Shown here piece after piece: positions 56,179 to 64,000 of a stretch of 64,000 nucleotides of DNA. The translations under genes were made by a program, and so were the position numbers. The notes beneath the pieces are model-generated. The model saw nothing but the letters and a program-made list of their open reading frames with translations. It had not been told where the DNA came from and made no database searches. Positions within the stretch are counted from its first letter, which is position 1, and each line of letters begins with the position of its first letter. Source of the DNA: Diplonema japonicum (taxonomy: Eukaryota; Protista; Euglenozoa: Diplonemea); contig OZ025713.1 of assembly GCA_964019335.1 (NCBI GenBank), positions 436,943 through 500,942 of the forward strand, read 5' to 3'.

Positions 56179-57382
56179 TTGCATTTACTTGTAAGCTTAT
56201 TGTTTCCCCCTCTCATCTTCTAAACGTTTCATTCAAGAAGCTGTTTTAACTGTTCTTACTCTGTTCTTGCAAACCTGTTCTGTGCCCGATATGCTACACA
56301 AGTATCGTGATGTTTAGTGATAGCTGGGATGTTTCTCTATTTGTTCTTCACACAAACCGGAGAGAAAGAAAGGAAAAAAAAAAAAAAGAAAAAAAAAAAA
56401 AAGAGACGTTGTATTCTTCCCCCCCCCTTTTTTTCTTTCTTCTTCTTTTTTTTTTTTTTTACATTTACTTTCTTATGTTTGTCGTATTTCCTCTCGTATC
56501 CTTCTTGCACCCTTCCGTTTTGCTTTCCGCCTTATTCCACTCTATTCTCCTTTTGCCCCTCCTTTCATTGATTCTTTACCGCATCAGATGGTAGAAAAGA
56601 CAGAAGAAGGGGTGAAGATGGGACGGAGGAGGAGGTATATTTCGTTCTGTTCTTTTTTTTTTTTCTTCCTTTTTTTTTTGTGATATTTCTTAGAAGAGTG
56701 AGAAAAAAAAAAAAAATAATAAAGAAAACAGATAGACTCCTGACAGCGGGCAAAGATGGACACTGTGATCAATGGTTCAAGCTGCAGAGGAGCCTGAGGA
56801 TGCGGTCATGGCAGCGAAGGGCGACATCGAGACAGAATGATGCGCTTTGACAGGGCGTCGTACTTCTTCAAACGTTCTTCACGCTGTACAGACTGTCAGG
56901 GAGCTGGGCTCTTGGGGAAACCCATGGCTTCGGAACACTCGTCGAGGGCGAAATATGATCGGAGGAAGTAAAGAATGCGGTTAGGCAACGGCCCTGTGAA
57001 CAGGAGAAGGACCGGCGGAGGCCCCCCTAAAGCTCAGGGACAAGCGAACGAGATAAACTGTCTTTCACATTTCCCTGTGTTTTTCCCTGTTCCCTGCACC
57101 CATGCACTAAGTCTGTGTAGCAACATCGACAGTTCATTTTAGCCACACAAAAAGTCCAAAAGTGCCCAAACCGGGCCAGGGGTGTTTTTTTAAGGCGTCT
57201 GGGCATGATACGGTTTGGACCATGTAGAACGTTTTGAGTCCCTCCCCCCGCGCCTATACCCCCTGCTGTCACACTAGCAGCCAGGAATTTTCCGAGGGGA
57301 GTTTCCCCTTTTCCTTTCCACTTGTTGTAGTGATAACATCCACATCCTTATTCGACAGGACTGCACAAAAAGAAACTAACAG

Positions 57383-59635
57383 ATGCGCGTCCCCACAGCA
57401 GTGGTAGGGGTGACTACGATGGCTACCTTGGTGGCGGTGTCGTCTGTGCTTGCTTTCGTGATCACGAAGAACAACGCAGAGGACAGCATCGATGAGGTGT
57501 CGAAGAGGCTGGCGACATCGATGATGCGTCAGGTGTCAAATGAGATTAATTTCAAGCTGCAGAGGGAACCAGAAGATGCGATCATGGCATCAAAAAGCGA
57601 CCTAGAGATGGGGCATGCGACCATGAACTTATCAACAATAGACTCGTGGGTGCGGAGGGCGTCGCACTTCTTCAAGCACTCAGTGTTCTTCAGCCTCTTC
57701 ATCGTGCTGACGACCACAGCACAGTACCGTGATGAGCTTGGAGGCGGTTTTATCGCTGACGCAGCCGGGCGAGCCATCTACCTGAACACTCCAGTCCCTA
57801 CCTTCAATCAGCCGTATTTTATTGAGAACGCAACGTGGAGTCGTGACATATCTGTCGACATCCCCATCAACGTGACCTATAGGGACTTTGTGAACATGTT
57901 TTACTCCGGTCCTGCCGAATACCTCATTGCTAACGAGGCAAGGTGGACGCCTATCAGCCTGTCTGTCAACCCGAACCTAAGGGGTGGTGGCGGGCCCCTC
58001 ATCAGTCTCTCTGTCCCAGTGTTCCGCACCCTTGTCCCCAACCCTGCTGACTTCATTGGGGTGAACGCTGTTAGTATCTACCTTTCGCTCTTCTCGCTCC
58101 ACCCCTTCCTCCTGTCCAACCAGTCGTCGCTACTCATTCTCGACGAGGACAGGATGCTCATCAGCTCCACTGACCTAGAGCAAACATTTTACGAGAACGG
58201 CACCCTCCCCACAGGGCAGCCGAACTATCAACGCCACACACTCCTCTCGACAAATGTCTCCATCTACCATGCTCTGGATCCTGCCCTCCCTGACCTGTCT
58301 CTTTTCACAGGTAACGAGGAGTACTTCGCGAGGCTCAGCCACGGTGGAACCCACTGGATAGAGATTCGTCCCGTGTACCACAAGAACCTCCGCTGGTACC
58401 TCATCGGGCTCATCCCTGAGAAAGAGTTCTTCCAGAAGATCTACGACTCGAACAGGGACACCACCATCATTGTGACCGTCTTGATAATCACCTCCACCAT
58501 CATCGCCACAATTGTGACGCTTGCCTTCACCATGAACCTCACACGGCTGGCGAAGGCCTTCGACAAGGTGGCGAACATGCAGCTTGAGCACTGCGATGTG
58601 ATGGCTGTAAGGAAGTCTCATTTCCTGTACGAGCTTGATTCCCTGTACCATGGGTTCTGGCATGCTGTGGAGATGGTGAAGCAGGTGCAGGCCTTCTTGC
58701 CTGACGCAGCACGGGATGAGACCGATGACTCCGAAACGTCAGAGGGACACACACAGGGGCAGGGGAGTAAAAACACAGGCCCCCGGAGTGACGGATCCTT
58801 CTCGAACGACGTTGTTACCACGAAGCAGTCCATGTTCGCGTTGGGGCTGAAGAGCTCGAGGCTGGCGACTAGCATGACAATCAACTTGACAGACTTCACA
58901 GTGGCGTGCAAGCAGGGCATCGACGATGCAGTCACGAAGCACAAGCAACTGTTCTTGCGTGCGGCAGACCTGGCGAAGACCTTCAACGGAGTCATCAGCT
59001 ACTTGGAGGGGAACAGGATAGTGGTGACGTGGAACACCGTTCGTTCTTGCCCAAGCACCACCAGCAGACAGTGCAGTACGACACTCGGGTTAGAACTGCA
59101 TGCTGCTGCGAAGGACATCACAAGGGTCGACATTGGTATCCACACAGCGTACAGCTTCCACGGGATCCTTGGGAGCACACAGCAGAGGTTCAGCGTGATA
59201 GGGTCGGATCTTGTTGATGTCGGGTCGCAACTGGCGCTGCATGCGAAGGAGCTCGGGCTCACGCCGTCTGTTTATGCCACTGACACCGTCACTGATGGAC
59301 TGCACGGAGTGGTTTATCATCTCGTGGACGAGATGCAACAGAACAAAACCGAACCTATAGTGCAAGTCTACTGGGTACGGAACAAGGTGCAAACAACAGA
59401 AGAGGAATGGATGTACCAGTTGGAGGCTCAACATGCTAGTAAAGACACGTTCCTTGATGCGTACTGGGCGGCGTGGGGGAAGAATGACTACGACAAGGCA
59501 ATGGAAGTGCTTGTGAAGTTTGAAGAAGGCAACGAGCAGTGTTGCAAGCTAGCCATGAAGCTCCGCCGCGACGCACGTGTTGCGAGGCACATGCTCACTC
59601 TCGATGGTGAGCAGGGGGGAGACAAGGAAGAATAG
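57383..59635 (+). CDS. Receptor-type nucleotidyl cyclase-like protein (TM, Cache-like region, TM, HAMP-like, degenerate class III cyclase)
   Basis: Two TMs; WYLIGLIPEKEFF; LYELDSL..F..AVEMVKQVQAFLP; DIGIH..HGILGS; EWMYQLE. Confidence 0.8.
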   Translation: MRVPTAVVGVTTMATLVAVSSVLAFVITKNNAEDSIDEVSKRLATSMMRQVSNEINFKLQREPEDAIMASKSDLEMGHATMNLSTIDSWVRRASHFFKHSVFFSLFIVLTTTAQYRDELGGGFIADAAGRAIYLNTPVPTFNQPYFIENATWSRDISVDIPINVTYRDFVNMFYSGPAEYLIANEARWTPISLSVNPNLRGGGGPLISLSVPVFRTLVPNPADFIGVNAVSIYLSLFSLHPFLLSNQSSLLILDEDRMLISSTDLEQTFYENGTLPTGQPNYQRHTLLSTNVSIYHALDPALPDLSLFTGNEEYFARLSHGGTHWIEIRPVYHKNLRWYLIGLIPEKEFFQKIYDSNRDTTIIVTVLIITSTIIATIVTLAFTMNLTRLAKAFDKVANMQLEHCDVMAVRKSHFLYELDSLYHGFWHAVEMVKQVQAFLPDAARDETDDSETSEGHTQGQGSKNTGPRSDGSFSNDVVTTKQSMFALGLKSSRLATSMTINLTDFTVACKQGIDDAVTKHKQLFLRAADLAKTFNGVISYLEGNRIVVTWNTVRSCPSTTSRQCSTTLGLELHAAAKDITRVDIGIHTAYSFHGILGSTQQRFSVIGSDLVDVGSQLALHAKELGLTPSVYATDTVTDGLHGVVYHLVDEMQQNKTEPIVQVYWVRNKVQTTEEEWMYQLEAQHASKDTFLDAYWAAWGKNDYDKAMEVLVKFEEGNEQCCKLAMKLRRDARVARHMLTLDGEQGGDKEE

Positions 59636-60985
59636 TTACCACTCTCCCCTTCATCTCGTATATTTGTTCTTTTCTTCCACAGCGGGTGTCATGTAATAAC
59701 CCTTCTACGTGAGAGTACATTTAAAACAAAAAGAGAGATTTCACGTTCATAAAATCAAATACACTCTGCTATACCAGTAGGTGCTTACGAAAGTACAAAA
59801 TGTTATTATAGTTGACACCCCCTTTTTTCCTCTCTTTCCTATTTCTTCTTCTTCTTCTTTTTTTTTTTTTTTGCACTCATATCTACACCCTTAACGGGCG
59901 ATTGCGTCTTGGCTTGGCCGACCTGGAGTATCTTTTTACGGGAAATGATAAACTTGCGAAATCGTTGTTGGCAACAGCCTGCAAAATGCGACTGCTGGCA
60001 CAACGTGGTCTAGTGCTACATACATAGGCACATTGGATGCAGGCCCTTTGACCCCCCCCCCCCCCCCCCCCTTCGCCTTCTTTCTTCCTGCCACACACCG
60101 TACCCTTAAATGTCTCTTTTTTTTCTCTTCTTCTGGGCGACTCCCCCCCTAAATAAAAAGAAAAAATAAAATCTGTTTCCCTCCTACAACCTGTTTGGTT
60201 ATCACCATGTGGGCACTACTATTCCTCTCAACTATAACCCTCTGTTACATTGTTCTTTTTTTGTTTTTGTTTTGTTTTTTTATAAATCTTTTTTGATGTT
60301 TTTCTCCTTGTACATATTAGCCTGCTCCCCTTAAGCAGGCAATCTAAGTAAACAACGGAAAATACGAGAAGAAAGATGAAAAAAGAAAAAACTGTAAAGC
60401 GAAATAGGAAAACGAGTGAGAGAGACGTGAACCCGATCTGTTATTATTATTGTGGCAGCAGCTACTTTTTTCAAATTTGTGGAATCAAAACGAAGAAATG
60501 AATGAAAGGATTCTAATGTCACCTACAGGTACAGGCTACGGGTCAAAGGGCTTACGTTGGACAAGAGGGGCAAATGTGAGTGGGACACAAAAATGGATGG
60601 AAGAGAGGGTGGGCGGCAGGCTTCATGCAAACACTTTTACACCCGATCCGTCTCCATTAGACGCCCTCTTCGTCATCAGGATCAGGCGCCCTGATGCAGG
60701 TCTTCCAACGCCAGTTCTGCCGCACGCCAGTAGTCTCTCACAAACTGCGTGCAGGTGAAACTACGTTTGCTGAAGTAGAGTTTGACCTGAATTATATCTC
60801 TGACAAGAATCAGCTTTGTCAAATCCCTACGGCCGATCTTTGGGCTTCCACCTTGAACGGTGCTGCCTTTTCCCCGAGCTCCACACACCGCAGGCCTGAC
60901 CCAAAAGCCTCATACCAATAGGTCGCAAGACACATGCCCAGTGAATATTGCCTTTGACCTTTGTTGAAGACCTTCCAAAATGAAT

Positions 60986-61090
60986 GCCGTACGCAAAAAA
61001 TGCGTACGCGTACGCAGCAAATCTAAAAAAAGTGCGTACGGCGTACGTTCGAAATACGCGTACGTACGGCCATACGCCGACAACGTAGCC
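60986..61090. mobile_element. CGTACG-rich MITE remnant
   Basis: Many cgtacg palindromes, ending in tagccc(ta). Confidence 0.5.
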
Positions 61091-61091
61091 C

Positions 61092-61263
61092 TAGGGCTAT
61101 ACTGGCAAGAAACGGGGAACGTTTCCGTTTCCTTATTTTTCAGATACTTAAGGAAACGTGTTCCCTTCTTAACGAAACGGCCCAAAGTAAGGAAACGTTT
61201 CCGTTCCGTTTCCTTATTTTCAGAAAAGTGCTTGGAAACGCGTTTCTTGCCAGCATAGCCCTA
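61092..61263. mobile_element. hAT-type MITE
   Basis: TIR tagggctatactggcaagaaacg / cgtttcttgccagcatagcccta; internal aaacg/cgttt subrepeats. Confidence 0.75.
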
Positions 61264-61286
61264 GGGGGGCCTTAAAAAGGGCCACC

Positions 61287-61583
61287 TTTTGCCATTATTC
61301 AGTATTCTTCGCTAAGGGCATTTTGGGCCCTTAGCAAAAAACTCTAACCACCCCAAAAGTGCCCACAAATCACCCAAACCCCCGTTTCCCCATGGTTTTC
61401 GGCCCCAGAAGTGCCCAGGATCATGTTCTAATTTTTGGGCCCCCGTTTGGTACAAACCCAGTGTAATCCTATGGAATCCCTTTTTAACGTTGGTTTGGGT
61501 GATTTGTGGGCACTTTTGGGATGGTTAAAGTTTTTTTTAAAGGCCTAAAATGCCCTTAGCAAAAAAACTGAATAATGGCAAAA
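61287..61583. mobile_element. Foldback MITE with ~95-bp inverted arms
   Basis: ttttgccattattcag...cacccaaacc / ggtttgggtg...ctgaataatggcaaaa. Confidence 0.8.
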
Positions 61584-62313
61584 AACGACACCCTTATGAC
61601 CCCCCCCCCCCCCCCCCCCCCCCCCCTACCTCCCCTACCCCCATATTTTCGATAGAAGCAGAGAATACTTTCTTCTTCTCCCCCCCCCCCTTTTTTTCAT
61701 AGTAGTGATGCAAATCGGATTTTCACATGATTCACATGGTCTTTTGGAGGAAAGTGCGAATCGTGTTGCGAAAATTTGTGCTCAGACCTGAAAATACGAA
61801 AATGTGCGGAAACCGATTCACAACACAGCATTCTGAAGTGCTCTTGACCACATAGTCCCACCCTTTATGGACAAACTGAAAAAGTGGCAAGGAACTTTGC
61901 GTGACAAGTCATACTCTTCCATTTCTTCCTTTAGATCAGCTTGCGGTCTCGTTGCTGTCTCCTGATCGTTCTCTTCTGCTCTCCTGTCGCTTTCAAATAG
62001 AATTCATTGGGGCACATGTGGTGGGGTGTTTTCTTCAAAGACACCTTTTTTTTTTTTTTTAATCAGACACATCCTGCTGGCTTGTCACTGCAAATGAAGT
62101 GGTTGAGTGCCTCAGGTACCAAGTCCACTTTTTCAGTTTCGGTATTTCTTTGTGTATGGGCATATGTGGTCAGGAGCACTTCAGAATGCATTCTTTTCGC
62201 GAAACTATAAAAAAACGCGCTTGTCTCACCCTTTAGTACCTCCCCCCCCCCCCCCCCTGATATCTCCTGCAAAATTGCGTTATCAGTTATGATCATGCTT
62301 CTTCTTTCCCCGT

Positions 62314-62347
<34 letters not shown>

Positions 62348-63378
62348 TGAACAAAGAAAAAAAAAGGAAGGAAAAAAAAAAAAAAAAAGGAAGGAAAAAA
62401 AAACCAATACTGAATTGTTATTTTCATGCTCGAGGATCCTTAGTTCTATTTTTATGGTAATTCTTTTTTTTTTTTTTATATTTGTATTCCCCCCTCCCCT
62501 CTTTTTTCTGTTTTCTTTTTGATGGTTTTCTCCTAGTGGCTGTCTTTTTTCTAAAGAAAAGAATTTCTTTGTTTGTGCAAGCAAAGATGTATTCACCTAA
62601 AGTAGGGGAGTTAACAGACAAAGCTGCCCTCCACCCCAACAATTTCCTTTTCTTCTTCTCCCCCTCATTTCATTAAAAGAACAGAAAAGAAACAAGGAAG
62701 CCCGAATAAATTCGCAATACGCGACTCGCACCCTCATAGGCTAAAGTGCTAGTGCTATAACTATTGCCTGAGTAGTTTTCTTGTTCTTCTTTTCTTCCTT
62801 CTTTTTTTTTCCTCTTTTTTTTTGAGGGGCAACACATGCCTAAGTCTCAGGTGTGTGACGTCACTCCCCTTAAGCCAGTCAAAGCCTTCACGGATGCCAT
62901 TATTGGCAGCGCAATGGATAGCAGAGGAAGGCAAGGGGTACTAAGATGATGAGTCTGCCGCTGAGTACCTTTTGTCTTCTGAAAATTCTGCCCAACAATG
63001 TTCAATAACCCCTTTTTTTCTTCTCCCCTTCCAGTGCTTTCTTAGCAATGCATGCAGTCATCCGTGCACGCTGAGCTGAACCCATCCCATTGATTTTCTA
63101 CTTTGTTTCCGTGTCGTATCGCATCCTCTTCGTCTGTCTGCCATCCCTGGGCTTCCAGCACTGGAGGGCAACAGATTCTTGATAAAGAAGCAGGAAAACC
63201 GCGAGGTATATGAAAAAATGGCAACAAAAAGTTTGAGAATAGTTCCGTTCTTTTTTATTCTTTCTTTTCTATCCCCCCCCCCTCCCCTTCTTTCTTATAT
63301 GACCAGTTACAAACCAAAGTTAGGTCTTTCTTTTCTCGCCCTGTTCCATTCCCAAATGTAAACTCACAAAGGGCGGAC

Positions 63379-64000
63379 ATGTCACTTCCTGCTACTGTCT
63401 TCGTTGGCAGTATTGCCCTCTTCACAGAGGCTAACCCGTATAACCTGACCGTGGGTCGCATGGAGATGTCCAACCTTTTACATGGCTCACGAGAGGGAGG
63501 GTTGCTGGGTGCCTGGTGCGCCAGCAAATGCTCCGATACGTTCAGTGGATACAAGTGTGCGGACCTGCTCGGCAACTATGACTGTCCCATGCTTGTAAAG
63601 ATGGGTGGGTGCAAGGAATGCACCTGTGCCCCTGGGACCTACGACGAGAAGGCAACCCCAAGGACAGGGAAGTGCACCGCGGCAAGCACCCCTTGCTACA
63701 CGGACCTCGCACAGTGGCAGATCGATAATGTAATCGCCAAGCATAATGAGTTCCGTGCCAAGCACGGGGCATGCCCCCTCACCTACAGCACTACTATTGC
63801 GGACTGGACTATTAAGAGCCAGGGTATGATTACCACTTGCACTACTGGGTCTCTCACTCACAACAAGGGGTGGCTACGGCGAGAACATCGCTATGGTCAG
63901 CGGCCGCATTGAGGTCCATGACTACGACCCTGCCAGTGGGACTACTGCGTGGTACTGCAGCGAGGAAGCATGCTGGAACTACGACACCGCCTCGAACACT
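63379..64000 (+). CDS. Cys-rich N-terminus + CAP/SCP (PR-1-like) domain protein, frameshift near 63868, runs off the window
   Basis: Hydrophobic N-terminus; VIAKHNEFRAKHGACPLTY; GYGENIA and WYCSEEACWNY in a shifted frame. Confidence 0.75.

Noticed and set aside
62063-62596. 177-aa ORF and similar K/F-rich short ORFs throughout the window
   Set aside because: Products of poly(A)/poly(T) low-complexity DNA

Overview
Eukaryotic (protist-like) nuclear DNA: long unspliced ORFs, long poly(A)/poly(T) tracts and many transposons. The gene content suggests a euglenozoan, possibly a diplonemid; this is inference only. (1) 1-18744 is a very young head-to-tail amplicon, with junctions after 2342 and 10464 and units of 8122 and 8280 bp. 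Each unit carries two decayed piggyBac elements, a pogo/CENP-B relic, an intact ubiquitin-like (UBL)-LRR gene whose 75-bp repeats are hypervariable at a few codons, and a truncated P-loop kinase that is complete only in the last copy (RIIa-like + zeta-toxin-like kinase + glutaredoxin). (2) 19-28 kb holds a Josephin-like protein, a 5'-truncated non-LTR element ending in poly(T), and two tandem stand-alone genes with a DIRS/TATE-type RNase H. Both have basic regions and N-termini resembling mitochondrial presequences; one keeps the catalytic residues and the other has lost them. (3) 28-48 kb is a transposon graveyard: a hAT element with ~750-800 bp nested inverted repeats, MULE and DIRS relics, MITEs, and a 3.7-kb insertion with a 12-bp TSD made of a tRNA-derived head fused to an endonuclease-less RT-RNase H LINE. 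(4) 48-64 kb holds host genes on the + strand: a small membrane protein, a Cys-rich surface protein, UBL-TPR, a purple acid phosphatase-LRR fusion, a receptor pseudo-cyclase and a CAP/SCP protein. The best candidates for new biology are the domesticated RNase H pair, the diversifying UBL-repeat receptors and the tRNA-headed RT element. All domain calls come from reading motifs by eye; no searches were run.
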